From the sequence record MT133560.1: a stretch of DNA of 64,000 bases. The stretch is one strand, 5' to 3'. The notes under the pieces are model-generated. The model was not told the DNA's origin. It searched no databases and saw only the letters and a list, made by a program, of their open reading frames with translations. The stretch's first letter is position 1, and each line of letters starts with the position of its first letter. The translations under genes were made by a program, and so were the position numbers. This document shows, in pieces, positions 36,533-46,390 of this stretch.

Positions 36533-36898
36533 ATGATCGAAATTAATTCTGCTGAAGTAGAAATGCTTGTTAAAACGATTACTGGTGATCTGTTATACTC
36601 TATCCATGACGGCACATATCCAGCTGAAACTTATTGGATGTTTAAAACAGATGTTGCAATGTTGGATGCATGGTTTGCTAAAATTTATCAGTTTGGTATG
36701 TCAAAGCAAATCCCATATGCCAGTATCCCATTTACCAATCTAGTGGATGTATCGACTGAGTGGTTATTCCAATATATGGCCAATCTGGCAGCTGATCTAG
36801 GTGATTTTGAAGAGGTCCAAGAACCTATTTTCAATATCATCAATAAGATCCATTCAATGTGGTCAGTTTATGATAAGTATTCATGGACTGGTAGCTAA
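36533..36898 (+). CDS. hypothetical protein
   Basis: Co-oriented ORF. Confidence 0.75.
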   Translation: MIEINSAEVEMLVKTITGDLLYSIHDGTYPAETYWMFKTDVAMLDAWFAKIYQFGMSKQIPYASIPFTNLVDVSTEWLFQYMANLAADLGDFEEVQEPIFNIINKIHSMWSVYDKYSWTGS

Positions 36899-36941
36899 TA
36901 CTTGACCGTCCAATTAGATAGTTATAGGACGGGAATTAACC

Positions 36942-37277
36942 ATGTTTATAGTTGATGATAAGTGTTATAGTTGGTCGAGTACTTCGCACGGTCGTGGGAA
37001 AAGAAGTGAAATAGTTGGAGCAGGTGTTTATGTTATTGAACACATTGCAACTGGGAAGTATTTAGTAGGGCTTTCAAAGACTGTTAGTAATGAAGTTGAT
37101 AAACATATCGCTGCATTACGTAATAATAGTCATCAAAATAAGGCAATGTTGGGTTTAGTACATCGGGACATGGATTTACGTTTATTAGAATACCCCATTA
37201 GTAAGGTTAGTGATCAGAAAGCACTTATTGCTAAGATCCGAGCCACCACTGAACCTAAATATCTAATGCTTAATTAG
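36942..37277 (+). CDS. GIY-YIG-like domain protein, apparently degenerate
   Basis: GVYVIEHIATGKYLVGLS...H...L...SHQN; the Arg expected after the YIG motif is not seen. Confidence 0.65.
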   Translation: MFIVDDKCYSWSSTSHGRGKRSEIVGAGVYVIEHIATGKYLVGLSKTVSNEVDKHIAALRNNSHQNKAMLGLVHRDMDLRLLEYPISKVSDQKALIAKIRATTEPKYLMLN

Positions 37278-37295
37278 GGAGGGTAATACCTCCCT
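37276..37295 (+). terminator. intrinsic terminator
   Basis: AGGGAGG-GTAATA-CCTCCCT TTTTT. Confidence 0.8.
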
Positions 37296-37322
37296 TTTTT
37301 ATATAAGAAAAGGAAATATACA

Positions 37323-38009
37323 ATGAGTAACCCGTTAGTTATCAAATCGGCAAGTGATCTAGTAGAACCAAAAGAGATAGATTACAAAGCGCCTATTTTT
37401 AAGGCCAGTCACGAATATGCATCTATTCGTGAGAATAGCAGACAGTTAATTGAAAAGCAAATGAAACTATCCAAAAAGCCTTTTGCCGTGCTTGAACGAG
37501 AAGGTGATATTGGTCCCAATGTTGTTTATTACACGTGTGGGTGTAATAAAGAAGATCCACTCTTTCCTGAACTGGTGATCACTGCATGCATCACTAAGGA
37601 ATCGGCAGTAAATACCTTTTACGCCATTTTTGAAAAATTAAAAGAAGTGAAACAGATCACGGGTAGCGTAGAGATTGCAGATTTACTGAGCGCATTTGAA
37701 GAAGATCAAAGGATGGGACGACAACCTAAATTTGGTATTCGTCTAATTGATACTCATCAGTTTGTATATGGGTTCGGTGGTAAACTCCACGCATACTACA
37801 ATATGGATGACTATTATAACCAATTGCCCATCTGGCAAATTCTCATCAGTGATATTGAAGGATTCCTACCCACTGATAGTGGTTATCTACAAACAGTTTG
37901 TCCGCAGTTTCTTCTAGCCGATAAACCTTTCGGACAAGCTGGTAATATCTATCCTACTGACATTTTTAAAACTATGAAATGTCGTCCTTCTGCAACAGTT
38001 ATTCATTAA
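37323..38009 (+). CDS. DUF4262-like protein
   Basis: YYTCG...FPELVIT...WQILISDIEGFLPTDSGY...QFLL resembles DUF4262. Confidence 0.6.
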   Translation: MSNPLVIKSASDLVEPKEIDYKAPIFKASHEYASIRENSRQLIEKQMKLSKKPFAVLEREGDIGPNVVYYTCGCNKEDPLFPELVITACITKESAVNTFYAIFEKLKEVKQITGSVEIADLLSAFEEDQRMGRQPKFGIRLIDTHQFVYGFGGKLHAYYNMDDYYNQLPIWQILISDIEGFLPTDSGYLQTVCPQFLLADKPFGQAGNIYPTDIFKTMKCRPSATVIH

Positions 38010-38021
38010 GAGGTTAATATA

Positions 38022-38261
38022 ATGCGTGAGTTTCGTACTGGTCAATATTGTATTACTAAAATTGATATTCCTCATCCAAAACCCAATGCATTAACTGGCC
38101 CAACTTATTTAACAGCTGGACAGCAGTGCCAAATTATCGTTTATGATCCATCGAAAACACCTTCTACTGGTATTCGTAAAGAAGGTGAAAACTTCGCAAT
38201 GGTTTATGTAGAAGAATCTGCACTAATTGCTGATCCATCAAAACCGGTTCCAACTCTATGA
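38022..38261 (+). CDS. hypothetical protein, SH3-like pattern
   Basis: GAGGT RBS. Confidence 0.75.
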   Translation: MREFRTGQYCITKIDIPHPKPNALTGPTYLTAGQQCQIIVYDPSKTPSTGIRKEGENFAMVYVEESALIADPSKPVPTL

Positions 38262-38617
38262 TATTTAAATTCTTTGATGTTAATGGAGAGTATGATCCAC
38301 GTAACTTGTGGTTACCCGCTGAACGTCAGCTATATATCTCTATTATTAATCCAGAGGGTCATGAGGTGCTCTGGTATGCTAGAAAACCAGGCACTAATGT
38401 AGCTATGTTGACACCTAAGCGAGATGATTATGAACTTGTAAATTGTTCAAATATTCTGAAGGCTAGGAATGTTCTATTGGTTAATCATGAGGCTGGTTCA
38501 GTAGAAAAAGCATTACGTTATTTTGACTTACCTGTTAAAGGTAAATATAAATTAGCAAGTCGTACATGGGAATGTAGTGAACTATTCACTCTTCAATTTA
38601 TTGAATATAATTTTTAA
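38258..38617 (+). CDS. hypothetical protein
   Basis: ATGA overlap. Confidence 0.75.
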   Translation: MIFKFFDVNGEYDPRNLWLPAERQLYISIINPEGHEVLWYARKPGTNVAMLTPKRDDYELVNCSNILKARNVLLVNHEAGSVEKALRYFDLPVKGKYKLASRTWECSELFTLQFIEYNF

Positions 38618-38631
38618 ACAGGTAATTATAA

Positions 38632-39153
38632 ATGGCTCTTATTTGTGGATACGGTGAAAATGCCGTGCTATTTGGCGGCGATGTTGATGTAGTCGACTAT
38701 GCGATGTCTCAAAGAAAATATACCTTAGATAATAAATTCATTATCCGTGGTATCGCTGTTATGAGTGCTGATAAAAAAGCGCGACATAGTTTCTGCCGAG
38801 CTAATAGTGAGCTGTTTCTTAGCCATCGCACAAAAGACTATAATGTAATCACACAACAATTCCAAGAATCGGTTAATAATTATAAAGTGATGGTTTACAT
38901 TGTATTCGATGACGAACTAGCCGTCTTTGTACCGAATACACCAATCACTGTACTGAATTATAAAAATAACCCGGATGGAGTTACTGTGATTAATAAAGGT
39001 TTCCGATATAAACAAAGGGAGAGGCTTAAAGTTCTCATTAAAACATATCACGATGATCTATTGTTATTGGCTAAGAATATTGCAGATAATTCATTGAAAG
39101 ATGTTAATCAACTAACTGTCTTTAAAGACGGAACTACCCAACGGTTTATTTAA
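38632..39153 (+). CDS. hypothetical protein
   Basis: CAGGT RBS. Confidence 0.8.
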   Translation: MALICGYGENAVLFGGDVDVVDYAMSQRKYTLDNKFIIRGIAVMSADKKARHSFCRANSELFLSHRTKDYNVITQQFQESVNNYKVMVYIVFDDELAVFVPNTPITVLNYKNNPDGVTVINKGFRYKQRERLKVLIKTYHDDLLLLAKNIADNSLKDVNQLTVFKDGTTQRFI

Positions 39154-39164
39154 GGTATCTTTAC

Positions 39165-39464
39165 ATGACCACTAAACAACAGCGCATTACCTATCACTAT
39201 CATTGTAAAGGTCTTAAACAGACATATCACCCAGTCATTGGTAAAGATGGGGAATTGAAACTGTCTGTACTTACACCTGATAATATTTATAGTCAATATC
39301 CATTATACGAGGATGTAGAAGATGGAGCTATTGATAAATTATGCGATCAGGTAGAACAGCTACTGAGAAAAGAACTTGTGGGTGTAATTGCTATTAAATA
39401 TAATGTAGATTATCTAGCTACCCCTGGTGAAAAATTAAAAGAAGTATATAGACTCGTAATTTAA
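39165..39464 (+). CDS. hypothetical protein
   Basis: AAGGT RBS. Confidence 0.75.
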   Translation: MTTKQQRITYHYHCKGLKQTYHPVIGKDGELKLSVLTPDNIYSQYPLYEDVEDGAIDKLCDQVEQLLRKELVGVIAIKYNVDYLATPGEKLKEVYRLVI

Positions 39465-39477
39465 TAATGGTATAATT

Positions 39478-39495
39478 GCCCTCCTTCGGGAGGGC
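39478..39495 (+). terminator. intrinsic terminator
   Basis: GCCCTCC-TTCG-GGAGGGC. Confidence 0.8.
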
Positions 39496-39522
39496 TTCTA
39501 TTTCGTAAAAAGGAAAATACAA

Positions 39523-39963
39523 ATGAAAGCATTCATTCCAAAATGGCGCCAAGATCCAAATAACGTTGACCATAAGTATGGTTATGAACTGAATGCGTAC
39601 ACCTCTGTTTCTGGTACTCGCGTCTTCATCGAACGTCGTGTTGAATACTACAATAAGAAAAAGAAACAATGGTGCGATGAAACAATTCAAGTAATTCATC
39701 TTGGTAAACTGAATTGTTATATTTGGAAACACTATCCAGTTATCAGTTTCAGAGATGTTGGTGTAATCTACGGTCGGTTAGAATTTGATGAACTAAAGAA
39801 AGTAAATAAACTTATTCAGAGTTCAAATTCCGTATCTATTGAACTGATGGAATCTATTTCAAAAGAATATCAGGTTTATATCACAGCTGTAATTAATAAC
39901 ATCAAATATGTGTTCAGCCCTGAACGCACTTATGTATCTGATGAGGGTTACGTAGATGACTAA
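39523..39963 (+). CDS. hypothetical protein
   Basis: AAGGA RBS. Confidence 0.8.
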   Translation: MKAFIPKWRQDPNNVDHKYGYELNAYTSVSGTRVFIERRVEYYNKKKKQWCDETIQVIHLGKLNCYIWKHYPVISFRDVGVIYGRLEFDELKKVNKLIQSSNSVSIELMESISKEYQVYITAVINNIKYVFSPERTYVSDEGYVDD

Positions 39964-40468
39964 AACACTCCGTGTAGTACGTGTCCGTGATGGGATCGTT
40001 GATAGTCTTAATAACGATGGTCTATGGGTTAACAAACATACCTTTTGTATGGAGGAGGTATGGGAAGCCCACAAACAAACAACCCAATTCCAGTCTTACA
40101 ACTGGGGGACTATGTACTTCGTTAGTGAAAATGATGTAGCATGTAATCCATATCCCCATCATCAATACCGTGAGGTATGGATCTGTCAACGAGGTGTGCA
40201 ACAAAAACTGGAACTATGTGAGGATTTAGAATCCGGTATAGTTGGGGATGATCATGTTGTAGTTATTATGACTACTACGGATGGATTAGATTATAGTTTT
40301 GTGAGTGGTGTGTATGGCGACCGTATTAACTACAGTCCTTACTATGGTGATGCCATTTCTATACCTTGTACCAATAATCAAGAAGCAGACGATGTCTATC
40401 ATAGCCTAGCTAAAATGGCCAATGGCATAAGTCTATCTGTTCCTCTAGTAATGAAGCTGATTAAATGA
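39956..40468 (+). CDS. hypothetical protein
   Basis: GAGGG RBS, 8-nt overlap. Confidence 0.8.
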   Translation: MTKTLRVVRVRDGIVDSLNNDGLWVNKHTFCMEEVWEAHKQTTQFQSYNWGTMYFVSENDVACNPYPHHQYREVWICQRGVQQKLELCEDLESGIVGDDHVVVIMTTTDGLDYSFVSGVYGDRINYSPYYGDAISIPCTNNQEADDVYHSLAKMANGISLSVPLVMKLIK

Positions 40469-40475
40469 AGGAGTA

Positions 40476-40841
40476 ATGATTATGGATTATAAATGGCATG
40501 ATAAGTTCATTATAGAAATTATTAGTAAAAGTTGTAAAAAAGATGGAATCTGTAAAAGTTACTTAGTACGTAAAGGTTGGAGAGATGTTAATCAGCGTGA
40601 TTACGCCATTTTATCACGTATTGGTTTCCATGACACTCTTTTGCTTGATGAACATGAAGTCGAATACTATTTGAACAATGTGGTATTTGATATCGTAAAG
40701 GCCGTATGGGAGTCTGAAGGTAAACCAAAAGATACTCATATGCATATTCGGGCATTGCGTGTAGATATGGATAGTCTATCTGATAGATTCAAGATATATG
40801 CTGATGTAAAACTAGATATGGATAAGCACCGGAAATCGTAA
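40476..40841 (+). CDS. hypothetical protein
   Basis: AAGGAG RBS. Confidence 0.8.
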   Translation: MIMDYKWHDKFIIEIISKSCKKDGICKSYLVRKGWRDVNQRDYAILSRIGFHDTLLLDEHEVEYYLNNVVFDIVKAVWESEGKPKDTHMHIRALRVDMDSLSDRFKIYADVKLDMDKHRKS

Positions 40842-40881
40842 AAGATATCCATCGTATACATTTATTAATAGGAACCTACAA

Positions 40882-41238
40882 ATGCAACTAGATAAAGACA
40901 AATTGAAAGAATTGGTAAATATCATTGAAGAGAATACACGCCTTAAAGGTAAAGTATTCCACCAGGAAGTCTACTCCAGTGTTCACGGTGAAATAGAGGT
41001 TCGCAGTTACGCTGGTACTTTCACTTTTTACAAAGATCATACCACTGAACATTATGCAATGTTTAATGTAGAGTTTGACACACATGGTAAGGTAGTTAGA
41101 TTCATAGCACCTGCACTATTACGTGCGACTGTCATTTGGGAATTGAACGAAGAACCGGAATACTACAAAATCAACATCGAGCATATGCTGATCGAAGCAG
41201 TAACCAATCACTTCAATACGGCCACACTGCTACCTTGA
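40882..41238 (+). CDS. hypothetical protein
   Basis: TAGGA RBS. Confidence 0.8.
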   Translation: MQLDKDKLKELVNIIEENTRLKGKVFHQEVYSSVHGEIEVRSYAGTFTFYKDHTTEHYAMFNVEFDTHGKVVRFIAPALLRATVIWELNEEPEYYKINIEHMLIEAVTNHFNTATLLP

Positions 41239-41272
41239 AGTTAATTGATAACCATAACTCTTATAAAGCATA

Positions 41273-41800
41273 GTGGATTTTATTATGAATAAACCAGAAT
41301 TACTTTACCATGGTTCTCTTTATAAACAAGATGAATTAATGCCAGGATTTAAAAGATCTGGTGAACTTGTTATGTGGGATGGTATTGAGTCTAACCAATA
41401 CCTATATGCAACGTCATCTGAAAAAGATGCATCTTATTTAGGTATTGGTAGCGCTATCGAAAAGTTATTTGATAGCGATAGATATGCTACTGTTGATAGG
41501 GATATTACAATCTATTGTCAAAATAATATCGATAAAAGTGATATTTTAAAAATGGTTGTGTATGTTTATACCATTCCATTTAGGGACTCTGACAAATGGA
41601 TTAAGAATAATAATCCTCACAATAGCATTGATACTGAGTGGATTACGAAAAACACTATCCATGATGTTACTGTAAGGAAATTAGATATTGGTGAATTTTT
41701 AAAAGGTGCTCGCTTAACTGTCACTAAAGCACCAGTGGATGTTGATCCATTAAACATCATGTCACAATATCGTTCAGTAACAGAGCGTTATCTGTTTTAA
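41273..41800 (+). CDS. putative ADP-ribosyltransferase-fold protein
   Basis: LYHGS...LMPG...YLYATSSEKDA resembles Arr/H-Y-type ART strands 1-2. Confidence 0.5.
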   Translation: MDFIMNKPELLYHGSLYKQDELMPGFKRSGELVMWDGIESNQYLYATSSEKDASYLGIGSAIEKLFDSDRYATVDRDITIYCQNNIDKSDILKMVVYVYTIPFRDSDKWIKNNNPHNSIDTEWITKNTIHDVTVRKLDIGEFLKGARLTVTKAPVDVDPLNIMSQYRSVTERYLF

Positions 41801-41815
41801 TTAAATAGGTTAATT

Positions 41816-42280
41816 ATGTATCACATATCGACAGTATACCTTGGGGATTATGTTTTATTAAGGCCATATATTCCAAGTAATAGAGCTGATGGCGAAGACA
41901 GTGTAACCAACCGTATATGTGTGGCCCCATCAGTTATTGAATGTATTGCAGCTAAAAGCGGGAGTTATGATATCGATCTTAATTTACTTGGTTCTAAATC
42001 AACTATTTACGCATACCGAAGTAATTCTACTGACTACATTGTAGGAAATGTACCTGATCAAAAACAATATAGGGAACACTGGTATTTAAAACCAACTTTA
42101 TTTACGTATGTTGGCTCTCTGCGATTATTAGAGACTGGGGTGATTAAGGTAAGTAGTGAAGTCGATATGCATTCTAAATTAATGGTATCACATCGGTTAA
42201 ACTACTTCAATAATATTATTAGTAAAGAAGAACTAATACACCATTGGCATATAGAGGCTTTATCTATTTTAAATGGTTAG
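41816..42280 (+). CDS. phage protein with YHIS...RPYIP...ED...RICVAPS motif (possible ART-like fold)
   Basis: Motif recognised by eye. Confidence 0.5.
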   Translation: MYHISTVYLGDYVLLRPYIPSNRADGEDSVTNRICVAPSVIECIAAKSGSYDIDLNLLGSKSTIYAYRSNSTDYIVGNVPDQKQYREHWYLKPTLFTYVGSLRLLETGVIKVSSEVDMHSKLMVSHRLNYFNNIISKEELIHHWHIEALSILNG

Positions 42281-42285
42281 ATCAT

Positions 42286-42310
42286 AATTTATTTAAGATC
42301 TATATTACAA
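42286..42310 (+). promoter_or_regulatory. early promoter
   Basis: AATTTATTTAAGATC-TATATTAC (42301-42308). Confidence 0.8.
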
Positions 42311-42335
42311 GTGTACTATCAATAAACTAATAGGA

Positions 42336-42698
42336 GTGATACAAGTGGATTTTATAATTGAAATTATCGATAATCCCAATAGTGATACTGCGTTGTATGT
42401 TTATGATTATTGGGGTACCCTAACTACGGTTGTGGGTAATGCAAAAACCCTGGCAGAAGCATATAGTTTTAAATATTCATCCATTGACAGCATTGAAAAA
42501 TTAAAAGCTGTCATTGGTAAAAATATCGAATGCATTTTTAAAGAAATGTATGATCAATCAAATAAGGTAATTCGTGTTAATATCGTAAAAGTAGATCTAG
42601 AGAATAAGATTATTAGTAAGCGCATCGAAATTGTAAAAAGCTATAGTGTTATCAATAGTGATGATGAACTTATTCTAATCACAGATGTAGTACGGTAA
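42336..42698 (+). CDS. hypothetical early protein
   Basis: GTG start inside or next to AGGAG; after early promoter. Confidence 0.7.
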   Translation: MIQVDFIIEIIDNPNSDTALYVYDYWGTLTTVVGNAKTLAEAYSFKYSSIDSIEKLKAVIGKNIECIFKEMYDQSNKVIRVNIVKVDLENKIISKRIEIVKSYSVINSDDELILITDVVR

Positions 42699-42739
42699 TT
42701 GAATAAATAATTCATTAATTTAACATAGGTGATATAACC

Positions 42740-43588
42740 ATGGCACGTCGTTCTAATAAAATTCGTATTGGTTTTAACGTATCGCTTAAAGCGCTTGAAC
42801 GAAATGGATCTGATGTAATTAAACTACATGATGACATCATATCTTGTTTTAGTGAACTATATCAAAATTACGTAAAAATTGATACAACTACTGACAAAGA
42901 TGACAAATCACTAAAACAAGGCATTATTGATGTCGTGGTGTATGTCGATCTAAATACAGCGAACCAAGCCATTCGTTTTAAAGGTATTAGTGATCTGGTA
43001 AACCATCTACAGTTTAATGTAATGGCGAATGATGTTATCGTCGATACAAGTGAATATATTCAGCCTAGCCATATGTCATATATCGAAGATGGTCACCTGA
43101 ATATGTTAGTGCGTCGAGAAGGTAAAGAGGTTATCAAAACCATTTTCACTGATGAATATGGTGTTGATCCACTAGTTAATAATGGATCAATAGGAGATGG
43201 ATGTAGTGTTTCCGGGATCTATCTAATCGGTGAAGAAAATCGGGTTAATAAACTGGCACGTATTGTTTCTAACAACATTCGCAACGGAGAGTTTAATTTC
43301 AAGACCGAAATAGGTATCCGTAAATTCTATTGGAGTGTACTCGGAAAACCAAGTGCGCAATTTAAGTACATCCACAATGAAATATGGAACCGTAATAGTT
43401 TCTATGTGGATACACTGATTAAGCTAACCAATGGCAATGTTTATAGCTATGCTAAGAATGGTTTTGTTGGTGGACCTACTGAACTAGAATTCCATTATTA
43501 TGGTGTAACTGATCGAGAAAATTGGGATAATGCGTCAGACAATTTCCTATATCAGGAATTCGAGCAAAGTTGGTCTGTAAAAATCTAA
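42740..43588 (+). CDS. hypothetical protein, possible paralog of 43645..44430
   Basis: TAGGTG RBS; CSVSGIYLIGEENRVN motif. Confidence 0.8.
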   Translation: MARRSNKIRIGFNVSLKALERNGSDVIKLHDDIISCFSELYQNYVKIDTTTDKDDKSLKQGIIDVVVYVDLNTANQAIRFKGISDLVNHLQFNVMANDVIVDTSEYIQPSHMSYIEDGHLNMLVRREGKEVIKTIFTDEYGVDPLVNNGSIGDGCSVSGIYLIGEENRVNKLARIVSNNIRNGEFNFKTEIGIRKFYWSVLGKPSAQFKYIHNEIWNRNSFYVDTLIKLTNGNVYSYAKNGFVGGPTELEFHYYGVTDRENWDNASDNFLYQEFEQSWSVKI

Positions 43589-43595
43589 TACATAA

Positions 43596-43613
43596 AGGGC
43601 TCTTCGGAGCCCT
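43596..43613 (+). terminator. intrinsic terminator
   Basis: AGGGCTC-TTCG-GAGCCCT TTATTTTTT. Confidence 0.85.
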
Positions 43614-43644
43614 TTATTTTTTCTTTATTTGGCAGGAATATAAA

Positions 43645-44430
43645 ATGCATCGTCGAACTATGTACAGATTTAGCTTATCATATTCCAATAAACTTATTAA
43701 TAATAACCCACTTGGCTTTACAGTCGAGAGTTATCTTGAAAGCTGGTTTGACAAACTCAAGTGCCGATTAACTAAAGGTTATACCAAAAGCCATGCTATT
43801 CATTTTCGTGGAAGTTGGAAATACTTTGAATTAGATCAATATAAGAACAATGCTTTCTTCAATCAATATCACATGGTGATGCAGTCACTAGAAGATCTAG
43901 AAAGAAAGATTAGTGGAGTGATTGGGTTAAGTATCAAAATCACTAAACCAGAACGACATTTATTTCATGTTCTATTTAACCATGAAAAGATTATTCTATC
44001 CCCTAATGGCATTATCTTTGATGTACGTGTTCCAAAACACACCGTGATAGCTAATCCTGATGTTATGGGATATCGTAATTGCAATGTAGATAAACTGACG
44101 GTATTTGGCGAGCGCTCTAAAGTTAACTATGTGGTTAAACAAGTACGTTATGCCTTAAAGCAGAAAGGGGTGACAACTGTTGCCAATAGTTCAATGGCTC
44201 GTTTTTTACATGACCTATTTCATCCAAAATACAGAGACAATCAAATTTATAACTACGGCATGACTATGTCTGATGTTTATGTAATGGCCGTATTCAAAAA
44301 TGGGTATACGGAAATCTATGGTAAAGATGTAGGTGAAGTATTTGAAAGTCATACTCTAGATTTCCTAGAGCGTGAGTACATGATCTGTGGACAATATTTT
44401 CCCATGTTATCCAGAGGGCTGCTAGTATGA
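43645..44430 (+). CDS. hypothetical protein
   Basis: ATG 43645 with CAGGA RBS; ORF-track start 43570 runs through the terminator. Confidence 0.8.
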   Translation: MHRRTMYRFSLSYSNKLINNNPLGFTVESYLESWFDKLKCRLTKGYTKSHAIHFRGSWKYFELDQYKNNAFFNQYHMVMQSLEDLERKISGVIGLSIKITKPERHLFHVLFNHEKIILSPNGIIFDVRVPKHTVIANPDVMGYRNCNVDKLTVFGERSKVNYVVKQVRYALKQKGVTTVANSSMARFLHDLFHPKYRDNQIYNYGMTMSDVYVMAVFKNGYTEIYGKDVGEVFESHTLDFLEREYMICGQYFPMLSRGLLV

Positions 44431-45953
44431 TTATAGAGACCTTATTGCAATATTACGCCATGTTCATCGACATCTCTCAAAAGAATATGGTGATGGGTGG
44501 TGCGATTGGTATGGCGATTGGTGGTGTATTATGGACCACTATCCGAGGTCTACCAAGTAAGATAGTTAGATTCACATTAAATCAATTTACAGTTAGTTTA
44601 CATATCACTAATACTGGTAATGGTTTAAATGAGAAAAACTTTGACTCATTTATGGAGTGGTATATTAAACAACCATTAGCTGGATTTAATCGCCGTTTTT
44701 CAACCAACGTTGATGAGCAAAGTTATAGTGCAACTAAACAGAAAATTGGTGTTGGTTTTGGCTTACATTTCTTTCTGTTTAAAGGTAGGTTATTCTGGTT
44801 TGTAAAAGCACGCCGGGATAGCCAAAATGCCAGTCGAGACCAGATGGACATTACTATCCGTGGATTATCTAGAAGTAGTAAACTTATTATTGATTTAGTT
44901 GATGCGTACCACTGGCGTCCAAATGAAATGGGTCTTACTATCTCACATTGGGATGGTAATCGCTGGGGTAATGAAATCGAAGTTACTAAACGCGATATCA
45001 ACACGGTGATTTTGCGTAAAGAGATCAAAGAAGAATTCCTTAATAAGATTGAAGAATTCTATTCTGATCGGAAATGGTACGATGATCGTGGACTACCCTA
45101 TAAATTCACTTGTGTTCTAACAGGTCCTCCTGGTACTGGTAAAACCTCAATCAGTAAAGCGATTGCCTCACATTTTAATAAAAATGTTAGTGCACTGTCA
45201 TTAGCCTCTATGACCAATGATAGTCTTAGGCGGGCATTTACTACACTACCTAAAGGTAATATTCTTCTAATTGAAGATTTCGATGATACCCCGGCAGTTA
45301 AAGATCGTGTTTTAAATGATCCTGTAAAACTAGATAAAGAGATAAAGGAATTAGAGAGGAAATATTCTTTTATTGATTTAATTGAAAAATATCCGTCTGC
45401 ATGGGTTGATCTTAAAGATGACTATGAAGGATACTCTGTAGTTGGGTTTAATGACACCATCTATATCTTTGATGAAAATAGCGATGATCAAGGTTTTGGG
45501 ATAAGTGCTTATGCTATGGCTGAACTGGGTGTTTCAAAATGGGCCGATGAAAAAGATCCATTATTTACCACAATTCGCCGATGGTGGAAATTAAAGAAGT
45601 GCATGAAGAATGGAATCACGTATGAACAACCAGCTAGCGGATTAACTTTGTCAGCTCTATTAAATGGTCTAGATGGCATTGTTCCACTAGATGAAACTAT
45701 GACCATTCTAACTACAAACCATCCTGAGAATATTGATAAAGCACTTCTAAGGAAAGGTCGCGTTGATTACATGGTGGAGATTCCATATCTACGAGATCAA
45801 GAGGTTAGGGAGTATATTAAACTAATGTTCCCTGACTTCGATATTCCTGAAGATATCAGATTTAAAGATCAACCAGGGTGTGATGTAATGGCGGCTTTTT
45901 CAAATAACCGTTATGACCCTAATGCTTTTATCAATAGTCTATTGAAATATTAA
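44427..45953 (+). CDS. membrane-anchored BCS1-like AAA+ ATPase
   Basis: N-terminal TM (MGGAIGMAIGGVLW), EFY.DRKWYDDRGLPY, GPPGTGKTS, LLIEDFD, LTLSALLNGLDG, TTNHPENIDKALLRKGRVD. Confidence 0.88.
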   Translation: MIIETLLQYYAMFIDISQKNMVMGGAIGMAIGGVLWTTIRGLPSKIVRFTLNQFTVSLHITNTGNGLNEKNFDSFMEWYIKQPLAGFNRRFSTNVDEQSYSATKQKIGVGFGLHFFLFKGRLFWFVKARRDSQNASRDQMDITIRGLSRSSKLIIDLVDAYHWRPNEMGLTISHWDGNRWGNEIEVTKRDINTVILRKEIKEEFLNKIEEFYSDRKWYDDRGLPYKFTCVLTGPPGTGKTSISKAIASHFNKNVSALSLASMTNDSLRRAFTTLPKGNILLIEDFDDTPAVKDRVLNDPVKLDKEIKELERKYSFIDLIEKYPSAWVDLKDDYEGYSVVGFNDTIYIFDENSDDQGFGISAYAMAELGVSKWADEKDPLFTTIRRWWKLKKCMKNGITYEQPASGLTLSALLNGLDGIVPLDETMTILTTNHPENIDKALLRKGRVDYMVEIPYLRDQEVREYIKLMFPDFDIPEDIRFKDQPGCDVMAAFSNNRYDPNAFINSLLKY

Positions 45954-45976
45954 TATACTAAAAAGGAATCTGTAAA

Positions 45977-46375
45977 ATGAGTCTACTCAACATTCTAAAT
46001 ACCGTTGCGGCTGCTAATGGTTTGGTACATAACTTTCTAGAATGTGATGAAAGTTATAAAAAGGTAGTTGATAAACTGCCTTCTAAACTACATCAGCTTA
46101 TTCAACGTTGTGAAAACCACCGTATCACCATTACGCCCTATCAGGTATTACTTACAGAGCTTAGTAAGCTTGATAGGGAAGTAGATGATTTTAATATCAC
46201 CTATTTAAACGATACGGATGTGTCATTTAGTTATACCTCATTTCGATATCAGTATGTTGATGAGGATCGTATTACACATATCTTCATTGCTTCTGAAAAA
46301 ATCGAACAGGTTCGCTCATTTGTATTGTTGGCAAAACTAACTGGTTACAATGTAACTGTAAATACATGTATTTAA
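45977..46375 (+). CDS. hypothetical protein
   Basis: AAGGA RBS. Confidence 0.8.
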   Translation: MSLLNILNTVAAANGLVHNFLECDESYKKVVDKLPSKLHQLIQRCENHRITITPYQVLLTELSKLDREVDDFNITYLNDTDVSFSYTSFRYQYVDEDRITHIFIASEKIEQVRSFVLLAKLTGYNVTVNTCI

Positions 46376-46390
46376 TTTTGAAAACATACT

